This document shows, piece by piece, positions 29,400-38,418 of a stretch of DNA of 64,000 bases. Below the pieces are notes generated by a model that did no database searches, had not been told where the DNA came from, and saw nothing but the letters and a program-made list of their open reading frames with translations. This DNA comes from a virus. Made by a program: the position numbers and the translations under genes. The stretch spans positions 4,302 through 68,301 of the IMG/VR virus record IMGVR_UViG_3300009157_000021; one strand, given 5' to 3'. Each line of letters begins with the position of its first letter. Position 1 is the first letter of the stretch.

Positions 29400-30910
29400 T
29401 TACCTCCGATCGTCAGCTTACCGGATGACAGTTGCGTGACCAATGGGTCCGCCGAATCAAACGGGTTGCCGACACTGACAGGTTTTGCATCGTTCTGATT
29501 GCCGATTCTCTCTGTCAGCTTATCCACGGACTTCGAGGTCTCCTCCATCTTCCTGATAGCGCCCTTCACTATCTCGTCGAGTTGCTTGGTGTCGATCTTC
29601 GGCGGTGTGACAGTAAACTTCCGCTCGTACTGCTTCTGGAGCTCCTCGACCGACTGTACCTTCGGCTTGTTGCCGTACACCTTATTGGCGACCGCCTTAG
29701 CCGCAGCACCGATCGGCGTCAAACGGCCGATTCTGGCAATCGTGGACTCCTGGGCCTTGATACCGGAGTCAATCGTCTTCTGACGAATGTGTTCGCGTTC
29801 CGCAGACTCCTTGATGACCTGCTGCGGCGTCTTCTTGTACTTTGCAGCCGCGGCGTCAAGGCCGATGCTCTGAACCTCGGCGTCCCTCTGAGCGATCACC
29901 TTACCAAGGTCAGTGCCAGCGATTACCGCCTTTCGACCGGCCTCCTTGGCCTCCCTCGCGGCACCAAACAGATTCACGAACTGCTTAATCGAAATGACGG
30001 CACCGGCAATCAGAGCGGTGTACTTGAGGATGCCGCCACCAATTCGAAGCAACGAACCGTTGTCAATGCTGGCCTGTCCGGCCTTCTTCATGCGGTCAAG
30101 AAGCTCCCTCGTCCACTTGGCCTTATACGCCTTGTTGTTGAAGAACTGAAACAGTGGATCCATTGCGAGCGGCGGCGTCGGCGGCATGGACATCGGCGTG
30201 ATGTTTGCTCCGGGGGTCATCGTTGGCGTCGGACTCTGGAAACCAGAACCGGTCATTGTATGAAGACCGAGACTGGTCATCAACCTCGACTCACGACGAT
30301 TTTCACCACGACCCAATCGAGACGCGAGCATCTTGCTAAGGTCCGACACCAGGTCAAACACCGGTGAGAACGGCCCGAGAGCGGCGACCTTGATGCCCTC
30401 ACCGATTCGTCTCAATCGATGGCTCGACTCCGGATGCTTATGCCGGAAATCACCACCGATATCCCGCTTCTTGGCCTGCTTGACGCCGGCCTTCAACATG
30501 TCCTTCGTGATGTTCAGATCACCCGTCGAGATGCCGACGGTCTGCTGGACCTTATCCATCTTTTGCTGTAGGGACTGGTTCTGCTTGACCTCGTCGATGA
30601 ATACCTGCTTGCGGTCCTCGATCTTATCGAATAGATCGTACAGTTCGGTGGCCTGGTCACCACTGACCTTGCCGCCAAAGATGGCCGCCTCGATGATCCC
30701 GCGGACTTGATTGATCCAGATGACTTCCTCTCTGATCTCCTTACCACGCTTGCTGCTACCGTACATGGTAGACAACATTGCGAAGAACGGCAGGTACTCC
30801 CTGCTGTATTTCGCGTGAATCATCTGTAGGATCTGCATGTTGCTGCGGTCGATATCGAACTCGCCGCTGCTGAACCTGCCGAAGATGTCTCTATTCGTTC
30901 TTGGTCGCAT
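29396..30910 (-). CDS. Putative tape measure protein
   Basis: Helical Ala/Lys-rich 504 aa protein with a central hydrophobic segment, directly after the tail chaperone. Confidence 0.7.
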   Translation of the reverse strand: MRPRTNRDIFGRFSSGEFDIDRSNMQILQMIHAKYSREYLPFFAMLSTMYGSSKRGKEIREEVIWINQVRGIIEAAIFGGKVSGDQATELYDLFDKIEDRKQVFIDEVKQNQSLQQKMDKVQQTVGISTGDLNITKDMLKAGVKQAKKRDIGGDFRHKHPESSHRLRRIGEGIKVAALGPFSPVFDLVSDLSKMLASRLGRGENRRESRLMTSLGLHTMTGSGFQSPTPTMTPGANITPMSMPPTPPLAMDPLFQFFNNKAYKAKWTRELLDRMKKAGQASIDNGSLLRIGGGILKYTALIAGAVISIKQFVNLFGAAREAKEAGRKAVIAGTDLGKVIAQRDAEVQSIGLDAAAAKYKKTPQQVIKESAEREHIRQKTIDSGIKAQESTIARIGRLTPIGAAAKAVANKVYGNKPKVQSVEELQKQYERKFTVTPPKIDTKQLDEIVKGAIRKMEETSKSVDKLTERIGNQNDAKPVSVGNPFDSADPLVTQLSSGKLTIGGK

Positions 30911-31076
30911 TCTCGATGTCCGTCAGTTGCTTGCTGAGTCTCCCATGGAACCAGTCGATCTTTCGCACGTCCATGGCTCGGATCTCGTCAATCGAGAAGT
31001 GGCCATGAAACTTAAGGTCGAACTCGCGTTCCAAAAGCTCTTGTAAGGGCCGAACCACGCGGGAAAAGGAAGTCAA
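30891..31076 (-). CDS. Small tail assembly chaperone ORF (possible frameshift extension)
   Basis: ELLEREFDL..HG.FS..EI..M....DWF..RL; only TTG/GTG starts; overlaps 31012..31746 in the +1 frame. Confidence 0.6.
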   Translation of the reverse strand: MTSFSRVVRPLQELLEREFDLKFHGHFSIDEIRAMDVRKIDWFHGRLSKQLTDIENATKNE

Positions 31077-31746
31077 ATCGAAAGGGAACCTCGATCTCGT
31101 CCTCCTTCCCGCACTTCGGGCAGGCGAACCTGGCGTTCATATCCGGTCCGTGATAGAAGTTCTCATGAAAAGCACGGATCGTCGCAACATCAGCCGCGGG
31201 CAACCGCTTAAGCTGCTCCATCTTCTCGACGATCCCGGCCTCCTCGACCACCGACCGTGCACAACGGTAGATCAGCACCTCGCTGCTCTTCTGGGCGAAC
31301 TCGGCGGCTGCGATCTCGTCGGCAACCGTCAGCAAACGCAAATCGACATCGGTGCCGCTGGGCAGCTTTACATGATACGGCTGCTTGAAGTCCTCCGGAA
31401 GCTGAATCACATCGAGCTCGCTCAGGTCGAACTGGACCTCGATTTCCTTGCCGCAGTTCAGGCATACCAGTTCAAGACCGAGCATCTTCGAGTACGACCT
31501 GATGTATTCCCACAGGATGAAGTATTCACGGTCACCGAGCGTCATCTGCTCCGGATCGAGGCCCCTGATGGCACCCTTCATAACCGGCAGAAACTTCGAA
31601 TCGAGGTTGTCCGGCGTGATCTCGGCAAGATAAATCTCATCCTTGCCAAGGTAAGCACGTGCCATAACTTCCGCCGGATTGACATCGTACGGTAGGCAAC
31701 GGCTCGGCAGCGTGATAACGTGAAAGTTCTCAAGCTCGTCTACCAT
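31012..31746 (-). CDS. Tail/baseplate hub assembly chaperone (T4 gp26-like)
   Basis: LPS...Y, GDR, R..SY, CxxC twice, C-terminal VPF..DF.FP. Confidence 0.8.
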   Translation of the reverse strand: MVDELENFHVITLPSRCLPYDVNPAEVMARAYLGKDEIYLAEITPDNLDSKFLPVMKGAIRGLDPEQMTLGDREYFILWEYIRSYSKMLGLELVCLNCGKEIEVQFDLSELDVIQLPEDFKQPYHVKLPSGTDVDLRLLTVADEIAAAEFAQKSSEVLIYRCARSVVEEAGIVEKMEQLKRLPAADVATIRAFHENFYHGPDMNARFACPKCGKEDEIEVPFRFDFLFPRGSALTRAFGTRVRP

Positions 31747-32164
31747 TATACTTTTCCAATAGCTCAGTGGTCAAACCGGGTTTGTTGACCTTTGACTCGT
31801 TGCCGGACTCGTCATAATCACCGGCATTGAAACCACGGATCATCCGTTTCATCAAGATCACCAGCCTCTTCACGTCCCTTTGACCAGCGAGCAGCAGTTT
31901 GGATTCCGGCTCGACGGACTCCTTCTTAAAGATTGATAGGAGGCCATTCAAGGTCCGATTGCCTTCATCCCTACTAACTCCATGTGGTAGGATATCCTGC
32001 GACATTGTTTCGAGTAATGCATCAATCAATTCATCGTACCGCCGCTCCGACCATAGGTCTTCCCACGAGTCGTGGCCGAGATATTGCGAAATCTGGGACG
32101 CCAGGTGCTCAAGACCGACATTCTTCTCATCATTCATCTGATTTACCCTTTCGAAAATAACCAT
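31730..32164 (-). CDS. Hypothetical protein
   Basis: ORF in operon; contains an NESKVN motif. Confidence 0.55.
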   Translation of the reverse strand: MVIFERVNQMNDEKNVGLEHLASQISQYLGHDSWEDLWSERRYDELIDALLETMSQDILPHGVSRDEGNRTLNGLLSIFKKESVEPESKLLLAGQRDVKRLVILMKRMIRGFNAGDYDESGNESKVNKPGLTTELLEKYNGRRA

Positions 32165-32176
32165 TCCTCATTTCGT

Positions 32177-32800
32177 TTATCCACCAAGCATACCACGCAC
32201 CGACTTACCGAGTGCTGTCACGCCTGGAATCTTACCAATTGCACCAACCACAGCCTGCTCCACACTTCCGATCAGGCTGAACGGCTCAATGTAATCGACG
32301 CTCAGATCGAGACCCCAACGGTGAACGTCGTCCTTGCCGTAGGAAAACTCCTGCGGGGGACACGTCTTCGGAAAGCAACCATGACACAGATATTGACCGG
32401 ACTGAATACCGGTCCTGTCGTATGTCATGATGTAGATGTTCTTAGCATATTCGCGTTTCACGCCGTAATAACCGTTCTTGTCGCGTACGAGATCCTTCCA
32501 GTACCGGAAGAAATCGTATACGCTGTTGTCGGTCGGCATCACGAATTGGAGATCGATGGTGTCGATCTGGTCGACCCCGGCGTAGAAACGCTGGAACGCA
32601 CCGTATCGTACCGATGTCAACTCGTTGATGCTGTAATCCCCGAACTTCACGTCCTGACAATACTGTGACACGAAGATCCCAATGACGCCGTGAACGGTAA
32701 ACGGCATCATCAACTGCCAGTTATACGATCTCTGCATTGACCACGTTCGTGTGGTCAGAGTGCCGAGAACGCCGGGGATGTCGAACTTGAGGAGTTGCAT
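32177..32800 (-). CDS. Tail tube-like paralog
   Basis: Tube fold pattern (F..W..L, YK/YA..I.I..YD, G.FP), adjacent to the tube gene. Confidence 0.65.
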   Translation of the reverse strand: MQLLKFDIPGVLGTLTTRTWSMQRSYNWQLMMPFTVHGVIGIFVSQYCQDVKFGDYSINELTSVRYGAFQRFYAGVDQIDTIDLQFVMPTDNSVYDFFRYWKDLVRDKNGYYGVKREYAKNIYIMTYDRTGIQSGQYLCHGCFPKTCPPQEFSYGKDDVHRWGLDLSVDYIEPFSLIGSVEQAVVGAIGKIPGVTALGKSVRGMLGG

Positions 32801-32803
32801 CTG

Positions 32804-33316
32804 TTACGCGTTTTCCCACCGGTCATAACTGAACGTCACGGTCCACATGATGGCCGCCTCTTCGTCATAGCTGAGCGGCGTGTCGTCCATCAACTCAGGA
32901 TAAGCGCCGACGAGCTTGATTCGTCTCGTCGCGGCACCCTGTTGATCGAGCAGGCTCAGATAGACGTCCGCCTTGATCACCTGGTCGGGACCACCAATGC
33001 CGAGACGGTCGTGGACGATCAACTGCTTCCAGTTGTATACCGCGTCGAACACCTTGCCATCGGTGCCCTCGACAAAGGTCGTGGTCCACGTGTGGGGCAT
33101 GCTCAGCTTGCCCGGGAACTTCACACCGGGCGTCTGCTTGAACGGCACCAAAATCGACCCGAACGAGGAACCCGGGACCGCGGTCGACTGTGCACGGAGC
33201 ATCAATGCATCCGCGTCTCCGCCACCAATGGGATTCGAGAACATGACCTCCCACAGGTATTTCCGGGCCAGATTCGTGAGGTTGGCACCAAGGTTATCAG
33301 CACCCATCTTACTCAT
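32804..33316 (-). CDS. Tail tube protein (gp19-like)
   Basis: AR..LWEV, VPF..K.PG, WT.T, GAYP, VTFSYD.W. Confidence 0.88.
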   Translation of the reverse strand: MSKMGADNLGANLTNLARKYLWEVMFSNPIGGGDADALMLRAQSTAVPGSSFGSILVPFKQTPGVKFPGKLSMPHTWTTTFVEGTDGKVFDAVYNWKQLIVHDRLGIGGPDQVIKADVYLSLLDQQGAATRRIKLVGAYPELMDDTPLSYDEEAAIMWTVTFSYDRWENA

Positions 33317-33328
33317 GGTCTTCTCCTA

Positions 33329-34963
33329 TTAGTAGCTGACACCGCGTGCGATCAGTTCCTCGAACGAAGCGCCGGTCGAGGTCACAATCGTCTGCAGTCT
33401 GATGTACTCGGCCGCACGGGACGGCTTCACGAAAACGTCCACTCGGAGCTCGTTGTTGTCGATCACCGTGCTGGTGTTGTTCGTCTCGTCGCAGACCACG
33501 TGGAATCCCTGGTCCTCCCCCTCGGTCTGGAAGGCACCCTGGGCGGACAGGTCGCCAAGATAGGCGTTCAACATGGCCTCGATTCGGAACCGCGTGATCT
33601 CATCGTTCGGCTCGAACACGAATTGACGCAGCGAAATCGCCATTGCCTTTTCGATGACAATGAGCAGACGCCGGACGTTGATGCGGTCGGTGGCCGACCC
33701 CTTCTTCTGCATCGTCTTCTGACCCCACAGACGGGGAGAAGCACCGCTGAAAATCTGCAGCGGATTGATCTGCTTCTGATAGAGGGTATCACGCTCACCC
33801 TCGGTGAACACGATCTTTCCGGTCGGACCGGTCACGCTCAGAATGTCGAGCACACCGCGATTGTCACCAGCGGGGGCGGTCCATGCCTTACCGGCGTAAT
33901 CGTTGTAGGCGTACTGAGCAGCGACGTAGCCCGAACTCGGGACGTCCATCACCTTATCGTTGTACTTGTCGTAAATCTGGGACCACCCGGCGTATAACGC
34001 ACAGTAGCTCGAATCGAACAGCGTATCACGGAAGGCCGTCATGGCGGTAGTCGATGCGAGCGAGGCCCACGGGATGTCGATGATTGCCACGCAATCAAGG
34101 CGTGCCTCGGCGACGACCTTCATTTCGGTCTGGACGGCGAGCGCCGTCTCACCACCGTTGATCAGAATGCGGACATCGATCCGATCGGGGTTGATGAACT
34201 CATCCCAACCGGCGATCAACTGGGCGGACGAAACCGCACTACCATCGGAACCGGAGGCGAACGTCAGGCGATCGGCCTGAGCGGTCGGCAGAACGGTGTC
34301 GGCAAGGGCGCTGTCGAGCACGTGAATGTACTTGCTGACGCCGTTGATCTTGTCCGTCAGGTGCAACTGCTTGCCGAAGCCATCGTACTTGGTCTTGCGG
34401 GAGACCTTCCAGGTCTCGACCTGGGACCAGTTACCATCTGCGTCCTGGGTGAAGACGTTGATCTTGAACGTGTACTGATCGGTAACGATCGGATCATCGC
34501 CGCCCTTCACCTCGGTGATAGTGATACCCACCTTGTTGTTCCACACACCGGGGTTGACGCCCACGATCTGCATGACCGTCTCATTCGTCATACCGGAATC
34601 CGCGGCGAACGTCTTGCTGGACTTACCGGTCGAGAACGCGGCGTTGACCCCCACCGACGTACTCTTCTGAATGTTGACGCCACCATACAGGGCATTGTTG
34701 GCGACCCGCAGGCAGTAGAGCGTATTGCCCTTGCCAAGGAAGGCCAACGCCGAGTAGTGACCGTAGTGGCCGGATGCCGGATCTGGCTCACCGTATTCAT
34801 CGACGAACTGTTGATCGTTCGTCATCAGCTTGATTTCATCCACGCTTCCCTTAGCGGAATAGAGAACGAGAGCAGCCGACGCGGTGGCAACTCTCGTGAC
34901 AATATCGCTGAGGTCCTTTTCGCTGGAGTAAACACCCGGGCTCAGGTAGATCGACATACCCAT
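33329..34963 (-). CDS. Contractile tail sheath protein (gp18-like)
   Basis: YLSPGVY..E.D, W.APAG..RG, LY...INP, WGQKT, RINVRRL, FEPND, CDETNNT. Confidence 0.97.
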   Translation of the reverse strand: MGMSIYLSPGVYSSEKDLSDIVTRVATASAALVLYSAKGSVDEIKLMTNDQQFVDEYGEPDPASGHYGHYSALAFLGKGNTLYCLRVANNALYGGVNIQKSTSVGVNAAFSTGKSSKTFAADSGMTNETVMQIVGVNPGVWNNKVGITITEVKGGDDPIVTDQYTFKINVFTQDADGNWSQVETWKVSRKTKYDGFGKQLHLTDKINGVSKYIHVLDSALADTVLPTAQADRLTFASGSDGSAVSSAQLIAGWDEFINPDRIDVRILINGGETALAVQTEMKVVAEARLDCVAIIDIPWASLASTTAMTAFRDTLFDSSYCALYAGWSQIYDKYNDKVMDVPSSGYVAAQYAYNDYAGKAWTAPAGDNRGVLDILSVTGPTGKIVFTEGERDTLYQKQINPLQIFSGASPRLWGQKTMQKKGSATDRINVRRLLIVIEKAMAISLRQFVFEPNDEITRFRIEAMLNAYLGDLSAQGAFQTEGEDQGFHVVCDETNNTSTVIDNNELRVDVFVKPSRAAEYIRLQTIVTSTGASFEELIARGVSY

Positions 34964-35018
34964 CTCCTATATCAAGACGCGAACGTTTCACCTACCATAA
35001 AACGAGTCGGCACCCACA

Positions 35019-35489
35019 TTATCGTGAATGACGCCTCCCACCTTCCTGATAGGGACTGCTCTTGGACAACCGGCCGAGCTTTATCAGGATCTCGGCTACC
35101 TTATCGACCACTGATTCCAGCTCCTCGTCCTCCTGGTCCATATTGAGATGAGCGATGACCGGGTAATCACGATGCCATTGGTTAATTGCCGTATCGAGCG
35201 CCACAAGCATACCACCTAGGTCGCGACCGCCCATCGCGGCCGTAACCTCACGAAGCCTCTTCCTGTAGTCCTCGATGATCATCTTATCTTCACGGCGGGT
35301 CTTAACGGGCCCCTTATCGTACCAGTGGAGGTAGTCGACGTAATACTCCTGCATCATGTGCAGGGCCGTGAACACGTCCTCAGGACTTGGATCGATGTCC
35401 CGCTCAACGTCGTGGTAAACTCTATATAGAGCGTTGACGCCGGCCGCATCCTCATTGACGTGCAGAAGCTTACCAAGCAGTTCGTTCAT
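35019..35489 (-). CDS. Putative internal head protein with shared leader (paralog of 60742..61236)
   Basis: MNELLGKLLHVNE leader; similarity to 60742..61236 (RVY.D, EYY.D, ALD.A.NQ.H.D.P). Confidence 0.6.
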   Translation of the reverse strand: MNELLGKLLHVNEDAAGVNALYRVYHDVERDIDPSPEDVFTALHMMQEYYVDYLHWYDKGPVKTRREDKMIIEDYRKRLREVTAAMGGRDLGGMLVALDTAINQWHRDYPVIAHLNMDQEDEELESVVDKVAEILIKLGRLSKSSPYQEGGRRHSR

Positions 35490-35490
35490 G

Positions 35491-36444
35491 TCAACTCACC
35501 TTGTACAGAGACCCGTCCGCCGTATTGCTGCTGAGAGCACCGGTAAGACCAAGGACGGTCTTACCACCAACCAACGCGACGGAGTTCACCACGTAGGATT
35601 CATCGTTGTTAGTAGAGCCCTGGATCCGAACCCGATCACCGACCGAGAAGTCGGAGTGCCTATCGTTTGGCACCACGAGGCTGTTGGTCACAAGATCGAG
35701 TGAATCGATGGCGTACAGGTTACCGGTCGACAGCAGCAACTGTGCGGCAAGCGCCGTGTCCTGGTCAGAATCGGGTACAATGATCTCGGAGTAATTGGTA
35801 ACCGAATCCTTGTCGTAGAACGTCAGTCGGATCTTCGTGATCGTCCTGACCTGGTAACCGTCGAGCACCCACGCATCGAGCTTGATCGGCATCCGCCAAA
35901 CGTGCATCACACCCTGATCGAACTCCTGCGGGGTGGTAGACTCATCCTCGATCTGGCCGAAGTGAAGCTCCGGCGAGTAACTGAACGACCGGGTATCGTC
36001 GAACGTGTAGGTCAGGTCGATCTTCGGGTAGTCCTGCTGCCAAAAGATGTACCGCTCAACGCACTGGTAGATTTTGTCGAGGTCCTTGCTCCAGAACCAC
36101 GCGTTGTACACGGTATCAATCGGCTGTGCCTTGACGTTGATTGCGTGCAACCGACCGGCGTCGGTATTCGTAAGCCAGACACCGCGGCGGGCCAGTGGCG
36201 TCCTTTGACGGTCCCAGGCCGGGTTTGTCGCGACACGCCAGAAGCTGATGAACTCAAGGAAGTCCTCACCGCGTTTCTCGGCGATCTTACGGAGCGCCGT
36301 CTCCCGCGGGGATTGAATGACGCTGCGATCGATCTTCGTGGCTTGGTCATCGTCGCCATCGTTCATGCCAAGCAGGTCACCAAATCGGGTGAACAGCAAC
36401 ACCTTCAGTGTATCATCAACGTACTTCGTGACGCTTGTGCTCAT
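35491..36444 (-). CDS. Putative tail terminator / sheath stabiliser (gp15-like)
   Basis: Position between neck genes and sheath; weak motif support. Confidence 0.5.
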   Translation of the reverse strand: MSTSVTKYVDDTLKVLLFTRFGDLLGMNDGDDDQATKIDRSVIQSPRETALRKIAEKRGEDFLEFISFWRVATNPAWDRQRTPLARRGVWLTNTDAGRLHAINVKAQPIDTVYNAWFWSKDLDKIYQCVERYIFWQQDYPKIDLTYTFDDTRSFSYSPELHFGQIEDESTTPQEFDQGVMHVWRMPIKLDAWVLDGYQVRTITKIRLTFYDKDSVTNYSEIIVPDSDQDTALAAQLLLSTGNLYAIDSLDLVTNSLVVPNDRHSDFSVGDRVRIQGSTNNDESYVVNSVALVGGKTVLGLTGALSSNTADGSLYKVS

Positions 36445-36632
36445 GGCTGAATCAACATCATGAACGTCTCGAACACGTCATCCTTGTATTCCTGCGTCAG
36501 ATCCTCCATGTGATGCTCCATCCACTCCTGAACGAAGCCCTCGATCTCGACGCCCCTCTGGGCCTTATAATCATCAGCCATCCTGTTGGCCACCAGATGA
36601 ATACCGGCCTTACGAAAGTTGATATCAGCCAC
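36441..36632 (-). CDS. Small hypothetical protein
   Basis: GTG start 36632 (VADINFRKAG); coupled stop/start with the next gene. Confidence 0.5.
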   Translation of the reverse strand: MADINFRKAGIHLVANRMADDYKAQRGVEIEGFVQEWMEHHMEDLTQEYKDDVFETFMMLIQP

Positions 36633-36807
36633 CGGTGATCTCCGAAAGATCCTGAATGACGGTGATCTCACGCCGCAGTTCTTCGATGTTGCGGACCTCG
36701 CTGAGATTCATGGCCTTGTGGCCGGGCTTCAACACCCGTTGCGTACCGTCGGCGTGCTCAATGGTAACATCGTGATCCGACGTGTTCTCAATTCTCGTTA
36801 CTCTCAT
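36625..36807 (-). CDS. Small hypothetical (possibly virion) protein
   Basis: ATG 36807 overlaps the upstream stop. Confidence 0.55.
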   Translation of the reverse strand: MRVTRIENTSDHDVTIEHADGTQRVLKPGHKAMNLSEVRNIEELRREITVIQDLSEITGG

Positions 36808-37283
36808 GTTTTCTTGACTCTCCTCGGAACGATTGACCAACCCTGTACCAGAATCGCGTCGTGCATGCCCTTCACAGCCGGGTTCACGACCTCGAACGCC
36901 TCACTACCAACGTAGTCGTTCGGAATGAACTCGGGGCTGACCGTGAAGTAGCTACGACGGATTACATCAATGGCAACCTCCGTGCCGATTTCTGAACCTT
37001 CTCTTGCCGTCGCGACGTTCGGAAACCATGCAACGATTGGCAGCATATCCTCGGTGTACAGACCAAGCTGCTTCAACCGATAGACACTGACACCCCACTC
37101 GATGAACACAGAGGCGTCGTACAACGAATAGGAAAGATCACCTGGTACGGCGAATACGTCCTTCCTTTCTGATGTGGAGTATGACGCATTCGTTGGAATG
37201 TAAAGCACGCACGAGATTCCATAGTTTTCAAGGGAAACATTTACCTGATGTCGCAACGCGTCGATGGTTTCTCTTGGGATCAT
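36804..37283 (-). CDS. Putative head-closure/neck protein (gp14-like)
   Basis: YGI.C.LY.P, LKQLG; synteny. Confidence 0.55.
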   Translation of the reverse strand: MIPRETIDALRHQVNVSLENYGISCVLYIPTNASYSTSERKDVFAVPGDLSYSLYDASVFIEWGVSVYRLKQLGLYTEDMLPIVAWFPNVATAREGSEIGTEVAIDVIRRSYFTVSPEFIPNDYVGSEAFEVVNPAVKGMHDAILVQGWSIVPRRVKKT

Positions 37284-37774
37284 TCTTGACATAAGCCGTT
37301 CTCCTTCGCATATTTAACGACCGATTCAAGAAGATCCTCGACAATGCCAAACCCAAGATTACACTTGTGACATAGCAAACCGCGAACCAGACCGGCCCTA
37401 TGGTCGTGATCGACCGACAGCTCAAACGTGGTACCGGTCCTACCATCAATTCTTGTCTCCGGTTTCCCACAGATGGCACAGACACCACCCTGTATCCGCA
37501 GCATCTCGTCGTACTGCTTCCTAGTGATACCATACCGACGCACCAAATCGTTCGCCCTAATTCGCCCTCGTACCCTGATGTTGTACGACTTCTTGTACTG
37601 CCCGATTTGCACCGACCTACTCGCGACGTAATCCTTCCTGCAGTCTTTACAATCCGGTACGAAACCGGTCTTATACCGCTTGTTATGGTAGAAGAAGTCC
37701 GGTGATAATGGTAGAAAGCGACCGCACTTGCCACTACATTTCTGCATCGGAATTTCGGCGGCCAATTGCGTCAT
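37280..37774 (-). CDS. Endonuclease VII-family homing endonuclease
   Basis: YGIT...Y..M...QGGVCAICG...LSVDHDH..G.VRGLLC..CN. Confidence 0.88.
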   Translation of the reverse strand: MTQLAAEIPMQKCSGKCGRFLPLSPDFFYHNKRYKTGFVPDCKDCRKDYVASRSVQIGQYKKSYNIRVRGRIRANDLVRRYGITRKQYDEMLRIQGGVCAICGKPETRIDGRTGTTFELSVDHDHRAGLVRGLLCHKCNLGFGIVEDLLESVVKYAKENGLCQE

Positions 37775-37811
37775 ATCCTTTACTCAGTGTATCCGTCCAT
37801 CAACACTGAAA

Positions 37812-38189
37812 TCAACCCGGCACCAGGTACTCCATTATGATCTCAGCTTCCTGAATCTGACCGTCCTTGGTCGCTACAATGCTGACACTCTGCGGAGCAT
37901 ACCGATGACCGGCGACCCACGAGACAGACGCATCGGACAAATGCATCTGAATGGTAATTGGTGCCTTCTCGCCAGCGATCTGGAACTCGATCTCGGTGTT
38001 GCCAAACAGCATCAGATCAACGTCCTTCACGCCCCAATCGCGGCTCTCGAAGTTCAACTCGTACTCGATTACCACGTCGCTGACGCTCTCGATCTCAACG
38101 CCCTCCACATGCAGATCAACATCCACCTTGGCCCGGTAATGCTTGTCGGACTCGTTTACCGCACGCAGCCTATTGAGTAGGTCTTCCAT
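37812..38189 (-). CDS. Putative internal head protein with shared leader
   Basis: MEDLLNRLRAVNE leader followed by an acidic beta-rich domain. Confidence 0.6.
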   Translation of the reverse strand: MEDLLNRLRAVNESDKHYRAKVDVDLHVEGVEIESVSDVVIEYELNFESRDWGVKDVDLMLFGNTEIEFQIAGEKAPITIQMHLSDASVSWVAGHRYAPQSVSIVATKDGQIQEAEIIMEYLVPG

Positions 38190-38418
38190 CACTCTTGCCC
38201 ACTTTCTTTAGGTCGATCACCCATTGCAGGACGATCAAAACCAGTGCCAATCCAGCGATCGTTGCCACCTTTGGCCAAGATACTTCTTTCATGTCCGCAA
38301 TGAAGTACATGGCAGCGATTCCAACTCCCATCTTCTTGCTTGATAGGTTACTGATACCGGACGCGAGCTCGTTCATCGCACCCTTTACCTGGCCCTGATT
38401 ACTAGTGACCTCGGCCAT
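38170..38418 (-). CDS. Small two-TM membrane protein (holin-like)
   Basis: LSSKKM followed by two hydrophobic segments and a basic tail. Confidence 0.5.
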   Translation of the reverse strand: MAEVTSNQGQVKGAMNELASGISNLSSKKMGVGIAAMYFIADMKEVSWPKVATIAGLALVLIVLQWVIDLKKVGKSDGRPTQ

